From Vitrella brassicaformis CCMP3155 (Eukaryota; Protista; Chromerida), in the NCBI GenBank assembly GCA_001179505.1, contig CDMY01000407.1, positions 1 to 64,000 of the forward strand: a stretch of DNA of 64,000 bases. The letters are read 5' to 3'. Of the stretch, positions 24,747 to 37,681 are shown piece by piece (the first letter of the stretch is position 1; each line of letters begins with the position of its first letter). Below the pieces are notes generated by a model that saw only the letters and a list, made by a program, of their open reading frames with translations, was not told the DNA's origin and made no database searches. The translations under genes were made by a program, and so were the position numbers.

Positions 24747-26135
24747 TCAAACAGGCTGGTCGTCATCTTCTTTGTTGGTCTTGGTGTTCTGTCTCTCAGG
24801 TGGAATCTCAGACGTCTGCCACTCGAACGAGACAAACGACGGCCGATTCTCCATGTTGTTGGTCCCCCCTCCCTCCTCATCCCCCCTCTGATCCCCCTGC
24901 CCCTCCCCAAGTTGCTGCTGGGGCTGCTCGAATGGCGCGAAGGCTCCGCTGCTCGACAAGAGGACATTGCTGCTTCGCGACTGGCTCCGGTGGGACTGGC
25001 GAGAGACGCGCCTGCTGCCCCGTCGTGAGGAGGGGAGGAACTTCTTGTTGTCCTTTATGAACCGCTTGGCGCCGCACTCGGGTGAGAAGTAGAGTGTGGA
25101 TGTGAGCAGCCGGATGCAGACGGTGTCGGAGGGGTTGGTCACGCCGCCGCTGTTCCAGGTCAGGAAGAAGAACCACGTGCAGGAGGGCTGAACCTCACCC
25201 TCAGCCACTGCAGCATACACAACGGAGCGGTGTCGTCCTCGGTGTCTCGTCTCTCTCTCACTCTCTTTCTCTCTCTTTCTTTGTGTCGACCTGTCTGGCT
25301 GTACTTCTCGATGGTGATGATTTCATTGAAGGGGACCATTCTCGTCTTGGCGACGAATCTGAGGATGTACTTTCGCTTCTCGACGTCCCTCGTCAGTGTG
25401 AGGGGTATGCGGATAACGAACCACACCCAGAAGGGGACGAATGGGATGATGCACACCATGGCAAGGGGGTTGTCCGTCACCATCCACAGCGACACTATCA
25501 GGCCGATTGCTATGATCAAAGTACCTGAGACAAGAGAGGGAGGGAGGAAGGCAATGCCAGAAAGATCTTTCCTTGCTGTCGTTTCGTGGGTCTTTCTTCT
25601 CACCGACGAGGGGATTGATGTATGATGCAATGAACTCGGGGTAGTACACTTTGGTGTCTGTCTGGGTCAGGGCCTCCCCATTCAGCACCTTTTTCATCAT
25701 CTCGGGCGGCAGACTGATCTCCACGCTCTTGCGCCGCTGCTCGACGCTCCGCCCCTTCTCACCCTCCACCACTTTGACCCTGAACGACGACCTCAGCGGG
25801 ATATTTCGCGCCACAGGAGTCTTGCTCACAATGCTGCCCCGGTTCGCAGGCGACGTGAGAGGGCTGAGGGCGTCAGCATAGATGTTGTCGTCACTGAGGA
25901 GCTGCTTCGGCGGCACTCGGCTGCTCTGGACAGGAGGGGGCCTCGGGACGAAGCTGCTCCTCGCGGCTTCTCCGGCTTGGGGTGAGGTGGGGGGACTGTG
26001 TCCGTGGTGGGGCTCGTCCTGTTGTGCTGGGGTGCCTACCGGCATTGGGGTCTCTGTCATGATGAAGTCCTGCACGGCGTCGTCAATGCTGTTCAAACGG
26101 TCAGCAAACTCGGTCTGAAGGATGTGCACCGCCAT
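24747..26135 (-). CDS. Hypothetical membrane protein (2 predicted TM helices followed by a PH-like beta region), about 3 exons
   Basis: It begins MAVHILQ..., then an exon reading GTLIIAIGLIVSLWMVTDNPLAMVCIIPFVPFWVWFVIRIP...KYSQT|, then |VAEGEVQPSCTWFFF...DDQPV*. Confidence 0.65.
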
Positions 26136-26334
26136 ATGTCGCTTCGACAGAGGCCCCAAAAGATCGAGGCCCCCAAAACCAACCGCGGCGTCTCAGCTCG
26201 TTCACTCGCTCGCCCTTCGGCCGCCTTGATCAAGCCCCGATTGTACCGTCAGGCGTCGAAGGAGCCTCTGCCCTTCCCCCGTCCCATCTTCCGTCGCCAC
26301 CTTCTCTCCCCCCGGCACAGAGACTGCGCTCGAC

Positions 26335-26646
26335 ATGTCAGCAGCGGCCCCTCCAAAGGATCCCGAGGTGCCTCTGGCCGTCACGAAGGAGGTCCACATG
26401 CACGCCGAGGAGATCGACTTCGCCATAGCCGCCGCTAAGAAGAGCTTCCAGTCTCTCATCCGCAATGACATCCGTCTCTGGCAGGAGGTGGCCGAGGCGA
26501 TAAAGAAGGAGTTTGATGCGCACTATAAGGGGACGTGGCACGTGATTGTGGGGCAGCACTTTGGCGCTTTCGTGACGCACGAGACGCACCACATGATCTG
26601 CTTCAAGATGGGCGGCGTCAACTTCCTTATCTTTCGACACGGCTGA
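26335..26646 (+). CDS. DYNLL: Dynein light chain, LC8 type, intronless
   Basis: VAEAIKKEFDAHYKGTWHVIVGQHFGAFVTHE matches the LC8 signature A..IKKEFD..Y..TWHCIVG..FG..VTHE. Confidence 0.93.
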   Translation: MSAAAPPKDPEVPLAVTKEVHMHAEEIDFAIAAAKKSFQSLIRNDIRLWQEVAEAIKKEFDAHYKGTWHVIVGQHFGAFVTHETHHMICFKMGGVNFLIFRHG

Positions 26647-26771
26647 CTCTGCGTACCATGCATGAACAAACACACGTACACGTACGTGCAGTGCATGGCG
26701 TCAATGACTTGCCAATGCAATGCACTCAATGGTTGCTCTGCTCTCGCCCCGTCCCATACATACACAATTCT

Positions 26772-28246
26772 TCACTGACATACGTGTTCGGAGGTCATGC
26801 GCGCACATACATACATACATGCATACAGACAGACAGACAGCCACACACGCTGTCTGTCGCACTCACACGCTTCTCGCACTCCATCTTGGCCTCACGCAAC
26901 CTGAATGCGATGAAGCCCCAAGAGGGAAATGGATGGCCAGTCGCAAATGCCGTGGGCATCGCTCCGTGTGCTGCTCACCTCTCCGCATCAGCCGCCCTGT
27001 GCTCGGCGGCGATATCGCGCTGCATCAACCTGCACAAGACAACGCAACACAACACAGACACTGAGAGCTTTCACTTGCCATTGTTGCGCCGTACGTGCCA
27101 TCGTGTGCCCAGAGCTCGCCAGCAACGCTGCAGACGTACACGAATTCATGCATTCAGACGGCATGTGCGACCGTCAAAATGCATGCATATGCCAGACAGA
27201 CAGACAAGAAGGCACACAGAGAAACAGACGGAAGAAGAAACAGGAGAGAGATTTTGGCTGCCTGATGTGATGCCCCTCTGCATGTATACATGTGGGGCTG
27301 TCCAGATTGATTGGTGGACGGATGCGTGCTGCCTGACTCATATCGATGGTCCATATGGTATGGAGGGGTTCACATGTTGACTTACTGACCCATTCACCTC
27401 AACCGAACACGCACGAATTCTCCCATAGTACTCACAACCACACACGCAGCACAGCACCCACCCACACAAACTGACTGACACAAAGAAAGGGCCCCTCCCC
27501 ATGGTCACGTCACACAAGCCAAGTCACGTCAGCCACGTATGTCTGCCGTGTCAGTCAACACAGAAATGACTTAATTACTTGCCGTTCACAAACTGCTGCT
27601 ATTCTATTCGGTGCCGATCACTCGTTGGCAAACAAACACTCACGAATGAATGCCACACGTACCGAAAAAGGCAGCAGCCCTCTGCCCCTCACCGCCCTCA
27701 TCGCCCTTACCGTCCTCCTGGTGCCTGGCGTCCCTGGGCACCAGCATGATGAGCGTCTTCTGTGTCGACGGGCTTGGGCGGAAAGGCCGCTGATCCTGAT
27801 GGTCACACACGCACACACGTGAGTGTCGATGTCACCTCCTTCGTGTGCAGCGTACGCGGAGGCAGTGGCTGCAGCAGCTTCACGATGATCGGATTCTCCT
27901 CACTCTTGCCCCTACGCACACACACAAGCCAGCCACACACTCAGTAAGTATGTCGACTGTGGGGTGCGGGCGGTGCGCCGTGGTCAAGCGCGTACTGTTC
28001 GCCGAACACCTCCTCGATGGTGTCATTGTCCTGAGCGTCGAGATGGCCGATGAACTTCACGTCGTCTGGGCCGGTGGCGCCCGGGAGGAGACTCTTCAGA
28101 GACCACTTTAGGTGCCGCACGGTCCTGAAGTTGCCCTCGTCGATGAGGGAAGTGCAATCGAAGGTGAGGACCGAGGTGGCGTGGTTCTCATCATAACGGC
28201 ACTGGAAGAAGCGGAAGTTCGGCGGAATCTCCATTCCCGACCACAT
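26772..28246 (-). CDS. Hypothetical multi-exon protein with a short coiled-coil C-terminus; middle exons uncertain
   Basis: The first exon reads MWSGMEIPPNFRFFQCRY...EEVFGEQYALDHG. In-phase 3' exons read VAGELWAHDGTYGATMASESS|QLMQRDIAAEHRAADAER|LREAKMECEKR. Confidence 0.5.
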
Positions 28247-28864
28247 TTCGTTGCCTCGTGATCGCAACGAACCAAATCAATAATGTGTAACAGTATTATT
28301 ATTGTGTTAGCATTTGGCCATGCATCGCTCGAGCACCCGCCCTCCACCCCGCACGCAATCGACCATGGCATTCTGGCACTGTCCCAAAACGACACGTACG
28401 CAGGGCACCACTTCCTTGTCTCCACGTTGCACGGCCATTCATTCTGGAAGGCCTCATCGCCCCTTCAACAGCTGAGAGGACCATGAGAGGACCAGGACAC
28501 GCAGCCCACAGAGCAGCGCAGAGATATGTACATGAAGAAAAGCCGTGCCCGCAACCACATAAAACGAATGCGGTTGTCAGTCCATCAGACGTCAGCCACA
28601 CTTGGTAGACATACCACCTTCTTTGCTAGGTAAGGACGCAACCGCACGCGAGAAAGCTGTCATCCCCTCAGCTAGCAAAAAGACACACACACGGCTGCAG
28701 ACGAGCTGAGCCGCTGGTCCTGACGCAAGTCATCCGTCTCTGATCGACACGACGGACAGGCTACTGTACACCCATCATATCATCCATCGCACATACGTAC
28801 AAAAACAACCACCCCTCCCTCCCTCCCTCCCTACTACCCAGGCAGCCAGTGGCCACACGACAGT

Positions 28865-29795
28865 CTAGCTGTCACTCACAACCAACAGAGTGATGACCCT
28901 CTTCATCCACTGGGATGGGAAGGCGTCGATTCGGTCCAGGAAGAAGTCGAGGAAATCCCGCGCGACCCCCGTATAGGGAGCCCCCAGCAGCCGTCTGCGC
29001 TTGCCGGCGTCTCTCAGCGCCCGGATGATGTTGTTCTCGCACTGCGGCGGCACAGCCACGTGTGGGGACAGCTTCAGCAGCTCTGTCAGGATCAGCAGCT
29101 GCAACGAGAAGGACGAGACGGAGCGAAAGACGCAAGAAGCATATGCACGGAGCTGATTTCTCTCTCCTGTCCTATGCTTACATTGTCATAGTGTTCGCAT
29201 TGGTCTGGTCGCGGGGACGTGTAGGGCCAGGACAGCACGAATGCCTGCATCCGTGACCTCAGTACCTCCATCTTAACACACACACACACACACACGCACA
29301 CAGAGGGGAGAGGCACAGAGGTCAGTGATGAGAGCAGATCGTCGCTTATTCTCGTGAGCTACCTGGTAGTGGTCGGCAAGCTGGAGGATCTCCACCACCA
29401 TCGAGGAAGGCAGCTTGCGCAGCTCACTCGGCGACAAGATGGTCTCCAACCAATCCTGATACGGCGAGACCAAACCAAACACGCCATACGAACACTCCAC
29501 ATGAGCTCTTCCCTTTGTTGTTTGCGTCCCGCCTCACCTTTCTGTTGAAGATCTTGAGGACGTCGAGCAGCCACTCAATCGCCTCCCCACTCACACGAGA
29601 CAGCGAGTCCCTGCTGCCGCCCAGCTGCCCGATGGTGATGGTTTTGGTCTCACTCTCATGCATCGACCCTTCCAGCTCCGCACGCAGGACTTCAGAGGCG
29701 TTGGTCAGCTGACTGGCAGGGACGATCACCTCTCTCTGACCCTCCTTGGCCTCGTAGCGCACATGCACAAAGTAATCCTCTCCCGAGACAGCCAT
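28865..29795 (-). CDS. BTB/POZ-domain protein
   Basis: SEVLRAELEGSMHESETKTITI, EAIEWLLDVL and VVEILQLADHYQV are typical BTB motifs, separated by GT-AG introns. Confidence 0.75.
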
Positions 29796-32074
29796 CTTCG
29801 CTCCGTATCATGTGAGCGGTCACAAGCACGTCATCTCACAGATCTCAGAAGCCTTCCTTGGGAACGAGGCCGTTGGGTCGTCAAATGCGGGTTTGCGGAA
29901 TAGGGCGCTCCTTGAAACCGCTGATGATGTCCAGAGGCGGGGGATAGCGCGAGGCCGACCAACGGCGCATGGGTGTCGTCGTAGGTTGCTCGAGGCCCAC
30001 ATCCTTCTCGAGGGTCAACAGACTGTGGTATGAGTTCGGTCGTTTCTGGTGCGCGATGCGGCGGCGAGGAGTGCTGGATCTGGTCATCTGGAGCTGGTCA
30101 GCTGCTTACAAATACAGCAGTGAGTACATTGATTGATGATATGATTGATGAGAGCCATCCATCATCTTGGTGGTCTGTGTGTGCATGTGTTTGCCACTTG
30201 TTTGCCTGCAGGTACAGCTGGTGTCGCCAGGTATGGAGTCTCACACATCCACACGTTCCCGGCTCCCTCGCGTCGAGGCGTGTCCAAGGCATGACACGGC
30301 CTCGACGTCACAGAGCATCTCATCTGCCCTGTGGGAGCCACACTGGCGGCCCTCTCTTTAGGCTGACGGCGCAAAGGCCTCGCTGTCAGTATAGGCGGAG
30401 GGCCACACTCGCTCACACACAGCAGAAAGGCCATGATGAGATGTGTCGTCCGTGTATTGTGCTGCTTGTTCAGGTTGAGTGCGAGGAGCGTGAAGCTGTC
30501 TTTATTGTGCATTGGTTGGACACACACGGGCCGCGGGAACATAACATTCGTCGGCTGGCGGCCCTTTGCACAATTTCGATGAGGCTCATGACGGCCTGGA
30601 CTGAAAGGTGAGTGAGCCAGCGCCCCACAAAGCTCAACCACCTGTGCAAGAACACTCATGTGTCGTGTGTTGTGTGTCCTGGGGGTGTGGGTCTGGGCAG
30701 CCCGTGATCCTTTCCAGCTCTTGCGCGGTGAGATGCGGGACGCTGTAAGGCCCTAAGCAACTATGCCAGGGCGCCCGAGAGCGAGGAGGGTAATTTCAGA
30801 GGGCAGTCATGATTCGCTGCCATGTCAAGCCTGCTGGCAAGTACAAGAACCTGGCTGTGCAGCTGGCGCTATCCTGCTCTACGCAGGTTAGTCGAAAGAG
30901 ACACTCTGACGAATGCAGCTGCCATCCATCCACCCACCTCCTTCCCTGTTGCATCATGTATGTGTGCAGCGGCTATGCGGCTTCTCTGCTGCTCGACTGC
31001 GTCGAAATCGCCCTCTCCTCTCCCTGGTTTGCTCTCGCGAGGCAGCCAAGGCTGTTTGTTTACGAGCGGCAGCCGAGTGCAACTCACGACGAGCCCCCAA
31101 TTCAACAGAGCGGGACAGGCCCGCTCTATTTTTGTTTTTTACATACCCTTGACGTGCGCGACGCGACTCTCGGGGTGGGTGCGTTATCGTTTAGGGTTTA
31201 GATGAGATGGGATGTGCAAGTGCACAACGCGGCCACATGTGTGAGACGACTCTCATGGGAAGACTGACTCATCATGTCTCTTGTAAATGGCAACTCGGAA
31301 GACGTCTGTCGCTCGGACATGGCATTCATTTACACCATTCATCGCCATCCCATTCATGTGTCTGCCTGCCTGCCTCTCTGCCTGCCCTCTAGCCGTCACT
31401 GGATGGATGGATAGATAGAATTGCTGCAGCCGAGACTCACAATGGCATACTGATTCAAGGCACTGGTTCAAGGCGACATGTCTCACATCGCCCTGATAAA
31501 AAATCTACCCAGACAGGCTGAATAGGCACCTCACAATCATATTTGAAAAGTGGATCGAGATCGAAAGGCTTCGACAGGGATGGAGGATGATAGTAAGAGA
31601 TCGATCTAATCGAAAGGCTCACAAACATATCGTTGACCAAAGAAAAGACACAAACACGCAACCGGACAAGCAGGCAAAAAAAGCTGTGGTGTCGTTTCCA
31701 ACCGCACGTGTAATTTTTTGATACGACCGTAATGCGTTAAGGGCGCGGTGCGATGCCGTGTAGGCAGGAGTGGGAATTAACTCATGCAGAAGGTCCGAGT
31801 GGGTCAAGTGCATACATGGTCCAGACAGACAAGGAAGAAAATATGCACAAAGACACCTCTATGGGGCGTCCAACCTGACAGAGTCCCATGCTTATGAGAA
31901 TGAAATCAGCCAGCCCGTCCCACGCGTACATACGCACGCGCACTCAAACGCACACGCACACACCGGCATTCAATAAAAGAGAATTGCATGGATGCACCCT
32001 TGTCGGAGCCACGCAGGCAGGCTTGGTCACTGCACGACGCCGCCCGTACTCCCTTCGTCAGTGCACATCATCCA

Positions 32075-32622
32075 TTACTTGAACGCGGTCAGCACAAACG
32101 ACCGCTTCGCCCAGTTGATGACCGGGGACCAGCGCAGCTGCTGCAGCGCCATCATTCCCAGCACGTTGACGCCCGCGAAGTGTCCGTGCGACCGCGAAAA
32201 CTGCACATCGGCACCCTCTTCAATTCGCACCAACATGCTTCGCAGCATGCTGCCGTCGGGGTACTTGCCCGCGCCAAGCGCCTTCATGGTCTTCTCGCTG
32301 AGGAAGCTGTGCGCCGTTTATGTGCTCACCACGAAGACCACGTTGAGCGACTTGCCCGGCTCCAAGCTGGTGCCGTCAGCTGCGTTGAGTGGCGGTGACT
32401 TCCGACACACCAAGGGGAGCATGAGGCGCAGGTAAGGACCCACCACCTTGCCCGCCTTGGAGTCGAGTTTCTTCGAGGCGGGAGCCGCCTCCGAGAGGTA
32501 CCCAACACCGAAGTTGGGCGTGCAAGTCGCTTGAATGTCATCCTCGTTCAGCTCAGTCAGGCACAGGTCCTCCTCGTGAGGCACAGGCCCAACGCCTTCC
32601 ACCGGCATCGCTACAGGAAGCC
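32075..32622 (-). pseudogene. Retropepsin-like (aspartic protease fold) protein, copy 1, with an in-frame TAA at the active-site position
   Basis: It reads ...LNVVFVVST*TAHSFLSEKTMKALG...SRSHGHFAGVNVLGMMAL... The TAA is at 32318-32320, and the sequence is colinear with the copy at 37682-38188. Confidence 0.65.
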
Positions 32623-33032
32623 CTGAACACGCAAAAACACACACCCACACACCAATTGCCACGCACACACACAGTCAAGAAGCCGACGCTTCTCTCTGTT
32701 GCTGATCTACCTAGGAGCTCGTCCCCTCACCACAAGGTCGTCGTACGTATTGCCGACGACGAGGTGCGCCCGAGGCGGCGGCTTACCCAATAATACAACT
32801 CGGGGATAGTTCAATCGCGAGCTGGAAACAGTAGTTAGTAGAAAGTAGAAACCCTAAAAACCCGAGGGATCGACCTGCAGCTCGCACAGAAGAAGTCCCG
32901 ACGCGTTTTCGCGCGAAGAGAGTTCTGTCTGACCAACATCCAACAGCGGAGCGTTCCCACCGCCAAACAGCTTGTATGCACGTGTGTGGGTCATCAGGGA
33001 GCTTGGAGTTTGGTAATTGAGAGCGGGAAACC

Positions 33033-35451
33033 ATGGCAGACAACGAAAGAAGGCCACATCTGAAGGTGTCAAAGTCATGGAAGACAGGCAGACAGGAAAA
33101 GGCCACATCTGGAGGTATTCACGCGGAGGAAGTCGGACACAGATGCTGCTGCAGATGAGGAGGCTGTCCGTTTCGTGCACATGAGAAGGTTGTCTGTGTC
33201 CAAGCCACATCTGGAGGTGAATTTCACACAGAGAAAGTCGGACACAGATGAGGGGGCTGTGCGTTTCGCGCGATGTGTTGTCGTGCGTGTGGAAGACGGT
33301 TATGTTGTGTATGTACAGGCACCTGCTCCTAGCAGCGTTGCTTCTGGCGAGGAGACGTGTCCATCCATCGGCCGACGCGTATTCATTGCGGTGCTGTGCG
33401 TGTGTGGTGCAGGTGGCGTTGAGTTATGTGCTGCTGTGTGTGTCCAGGCGATGTGTTGTCGTTCGTGTGGAAGACGGTGCAGGTGTGTCGAGTTGGTCTG
33501 TGGTGTGATTGCGGTGGTATGCGTGTGTGGTGCAGGTGGGGGAGATATACATGCAGGTGAAAAGCACAGGGCACAGAGAAGCACGTCTGTGCATGCATTT
33601 GTGTGTGTATGTGTGTGTGTGTGTGTGTGCGCGCGTAGGCTACTCAGTGATGGTGGCGAGTGCATTGCTGGAAGCACTGCTGGACGCTGAAGGCGCACTT
33701 GGCACTGAATTGCTGTGAGTGAACAAGGTAGGAATGAAGGAAGGAAGGAAATGGGATGGATGTGTGATTGTGCTCGTGTGCGTGACTGTATGTATATGTA
33801 CAGCTTACGCCTTAATGATTTTGTATTTGACGATGTGTGGTTCGTTGCAGGTGACGTACGGGCAGTGAGTGTGGTACACCTGGGCATCTGCTGGGACCTT
33901 TTCGCCGTCCTGATACACGTAGAGTGTCTCGTCGCTGGGGGCTGGGGAGAAAAGGATAGAGTAAGAAGAGGAATACAGAAGGAGACCAACGCCCGCCGGT
34001 GTTTAAGCCAACCAGCTCGCCGGCGTCGCGATACGGGCCCGCCTGCCTGCGTACCGGCAGCTGATTGACAACCAGCAATTCCCCATTGTCGACCGGGTGC
34101 AGAACAAGCGGTATGATGCCGTCACAGTCTTCGACGTGCGCCCTCCAAAGCTTCACTTCATCGACAGCATTGAGGAATACGTCAAGTGGGCTCTGCTGTA
34201 CTGTCGCAGGATGGCGAGCCCGTCACGGCATTCTTTGAATGTTTGCGGCGTCTGCAGGTGGTGCGCAGTCATTTCGTCGACCAGAACACAAATCAACCAA
34301 GGCCTCGAAGAGGACGTTGCGGCTTCCCCCGTGCTGGATGGCGCACTGAATGTGGTGAAAAGTCGTCGACGCTACCTGCAGCACGTGGCCACCACCGCCC
34401 ACCAACGGCTCCCAGCGCAGATTATCCAGGATGGGGTGCATCTGCTGCATCCCGTCCTTCACGAGCTCATCGAGCCCCTGGCAGCACTGGACGTGCAGTA
34501 CAGTGACGCCCTTCCTGAAGCCACCAAGAATCCTGCCACTGACTCGGCGTTCTTCCACCGTTTCGTCGAGTGCGGCAAGCGGTCTTTCAGCAAGTTCGGC
34601 CAGCGGCTGGATACGATTGTCGTCATGTCGCATGTGGCACCCATTACTACGGGGCGCTTCCTCAACTATGTCCTTCTCATGCTGGGCCTGTTCTTTGACG
34701 GCAACCTGCAGGAGGCCTTCTACCGTGCCTGGCTCATCACGAACCGAGCCCCGACCCAGGCAGACGCCCTCGCTATCGCTCGCCGGTACGTACGATGGAG
34801 GTCCTGCGCTTCGAGCCTGCCAGCACCAAGTGAGTCGACTGGACAGCTGCGAGGACCACACAAGCCCTGTGTGTGTCTGTGTGTGCGGATGTCTCTCTCC
34901 TCTGTCCTTACAGCATGTTCTTTTGCTACCTGGAGTCTGCCACCGCCGCCATCAGTGATGTCCTTTTGCGCAACACCATCGCCTACCCCGGTACGCCACT
35001 GGTACGGCATAGGACACAACTGCAATAGTCCCAGCCGGCCCCACACCCCCCGATGACCAGAGGGGGCTGTGGCGGCCGGCTGGCTGGCTGGCTGCGTAAT
35101 GCACGAGAGTGCGTCGTACCCTCCTTGTTCTTCTCGCATGTGTCCCGCCCTCAGATCGACACGACTACGCTGACCTTGGCGAGGACCGAGGCGGTGCAAG
35201 CCGCCATGGATGCGCGACGCAATGGCCTTCTCGACTTCCTCGAGACACATTTTATACGGCGGCCTTGCTCGCTACGCACGACACACGAGAACGGGCTGGT
35301 GTTCTGTTCTCTCGCTCTCTCTTTTTCGTTCTCTTTCTCTCTCTCTCGGCTTGTCACTAACAGTTGTGTCGCGTGCTCGTGCCTGTCCTCTGTGTTACAG
35401 TCCGGACCGCGTAAGTGGGTCAGCACAGGGCTGACCCACTTACGCGTTTGA
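33033..35451 (+). CDS. Hypothetical multi-exon protein; the 3' exon is supplied by the MITE, and the 5' micro-exons are uncertain
   Basis: A long protein-like exon covers about 34257-34786 (GLEEDVAASPVLDGAL...TQADALAIARR), and exon 35155-35298 is followed by an intron with a CTAAC branch site at 35357-35361. Confidence 0.5.
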
Positions 35452-35865
35452 CCCGCTTATACGTACTACAGAGCTGACCCACTTGTTTTCCAGCGACTTT
35501 TGGAGTGATATCTCGCTGTGAATGAATCACAGGAGCCTCTCAGAAGCCCATTGACTCTTTTTCTCGCTCGAAGTCACTCAAATTTACGAAATCCGTCGAT
35601 CATCTCAGAAGATGACAATCAAAATGGCTGTATTTCTCGATGGGATCACACTTTCATCGGTCCGCTCTTTCACAGAGAGATTCTTCATCGTCTTGCGGTC
35701 ATTTTGAGCCATGAATGGTCGGTTTGGATGGCTGATTTGAGTCTCTTTGGCAGGTGACCCGGTTATCCGGTCCGTTTTTGACTGTGTACGGAGTGATCGG
35801 GATGGGCTGACCCACATACGCAACTGACCCGCTTATGCGGTGACCCACTTACGCGGTCCGGACTG
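35398..35865. mobile_element. Non-autonomous Tc1/mariner-superfamily MITE (468 bp) with perfect 25-bp TIRs and a TA target-site duplication
   Basis: The left end is TA|CAGTCCGGACCGCGTAAGTGGGTCA (35398-35422) and the right end is TGACCCACTTACGCGGTCCGGACTG|TA (35841-35865). There are several subterminal TGACCC(A/G)CTTA repeats and no transposase ORF. Confidence 0.93.
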
Positions 35866-36943
35866 TAGCGGGCGACTGTATGTGCCACGGCAATAAATGT
35901 CAATGGGGTGTACGGCATTTTTTATTGACCTCCGTTAACTGATGATTTGCGTACCCGGCCTGGCCCAACGGGCACAAAGCACAAAATTCAATCCCTTTCT
36001 TCCTCGTGGAACGCACCCCAAACCCAACACCTCGAGATTCCCTTCCTCGTTGTGTCGTCGTGTCGTCGTCGGACTTTGTTCGCGCCCTCTCCCACCAAGC
36101 CTGCCAGCCTGTCTACTCCTTCAGCGTTTCAGGGAATGCCCTTGGAACTTTGCATAAGCTCGCGCACTCCCTTTTTCCTCTTGCCCCTCGGGGTTACAGA
36201 CACGAGTCTCGTTAAACACAATAACCAACCAACCAACCAACCAACCTTGCCAGCCGCCAGGGGAGAAACGTGGCAGTGAAGATGACGAGCACAGATCGAC
36301 CGGCAAACAGCAGCCGGGTGAGGCCATCTCCACGCAAAGCACTCTCTCAGATCAGTCACGAGCACACACCAAAGGAATGGCCAGAGTGACTGACCGGTGC
36401 TGTTGTGTTGTGTGTGTAGGTTTGCTGCCTCTTCGGAGGTCACTTACGAGCCCCCAAGTAGTGGAAGCGGCGAGCAGCCCACGGGGGGATTTACGGCTAT
36501 GAGTTGCAACGACGTAAGTACTATGGTACTGATGTGATGCTACAGATGAGTTGATACATGAGTTCACTTTGACTATGTTCATTTGCAGTGAGGCTGTGGC
36601 TCGCAATGTGCGCGTGCGACAATCACGGCGGAGCGGATCTGAGACGAGCATGCGGTGCCGACTCAGCTGCATGTCAGTAGCATGAAATGGTGACAGTCGT
36701 GGACTCTTTGAATGCATGATCGAAGCTACATTGCATTCGTCACGGTGACACAGATGCTGGCCACACGCACATGCCCACACCACAGAGACGGGAGATAGAT
36801 AGGCGAACAGCAAGGGAGGGGGATATCGGTCGGTCGGTCGATGTGTGTGAGTGTGGGTCGAGTGGGCCGTACCATGCAGCCAGCTGGAGTACACACGTTT
36901 GTGTGCATGTCATGTCATTGTTATTATTACACCCATTTCAGTA

Positions 36944-36975
<32 letters not shown>

Positions 36976-37681
36976 TTCTCTTCGAGTCAATTCATATGTG
37001 TTCGCACTGCAAACATATGTAGCTGTCTGTCAAATTCGTGCCTTCATGCTCCCATCCATCCATTGCCTCCATCCTTTCCCTTTGTGTGTGTGCAGCGTGG
37101 CCGGCTGTCAATTTCACCATGTCAATGTGCCTTTACCGGTCCGTGTACGCGTCCATGCATCCCATGACCAACGTGACTAAGGATTGTTGGCCGCCCGGAA
37201 TGCAATGGGTGTTCTTGATTCGTGTCTGTCCGCCGTACGGGCAGGCCCGCTCTTTTTTTTCCCCTAGCCTTGACGTCTGCGACGCGCCTCTCGGGGTGGG
37301 TGCGTTATCGTTTAGGGTTGACATGAGATGGGATGCGGAAGTGCACAACAATGCGGCTGCATATGTGAGATGGACTCTCATGGGAAGACTGACTCATCGT
37401 GTCTTTGTAAATGGCAAGTCGCAAGACGTCTCTCGCTGGTCGGCTGAGCTCGGCTGCTTGACTGAAAACCATACATCGCTTCTTCATTCATTCATTCATT
37501 CGTGTGTCTGTCTGTCTGCCCACTGTCTGCCTAACTAGAGGGATGGATACTCTCCCTGCAGCCAGACAGCATGTAGGCACCAATCAATCCCGTTCCTTGT
37601 CTGTCTGTCAGAGTATCTTTACCACTCACCTGTAATCGATCGTCCATCACTCGTTCTGGCGGCGGTGGTGGTCGTAGCGGA

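Larger units (their letters stand above)
31116..37570. repeat. Dispersed direct repeat: about 31116-31430 is paralogous to about 37242-37570
   Basis: Shared sequence caggcccgctct...ctcggggtgggtgcgttatcgtttagggtt...ctctcatgggaagactgactcatc...ttgtaaatggcaa. The 37-kb copy is open (LDVCDAPLGVGALSFRVDMRW), while the 31-kb copy has a stop and indels. Confidence 0.9.

Noticed and set aside
31190-32858. Telomere-like TTTAGGG/AAACCCTA motifs (31190, 32849, 37311)
   Set aside because: These are single isolated copies. Two lie within a duplicated exon-like segment, and there is no array or consistent promoter position.
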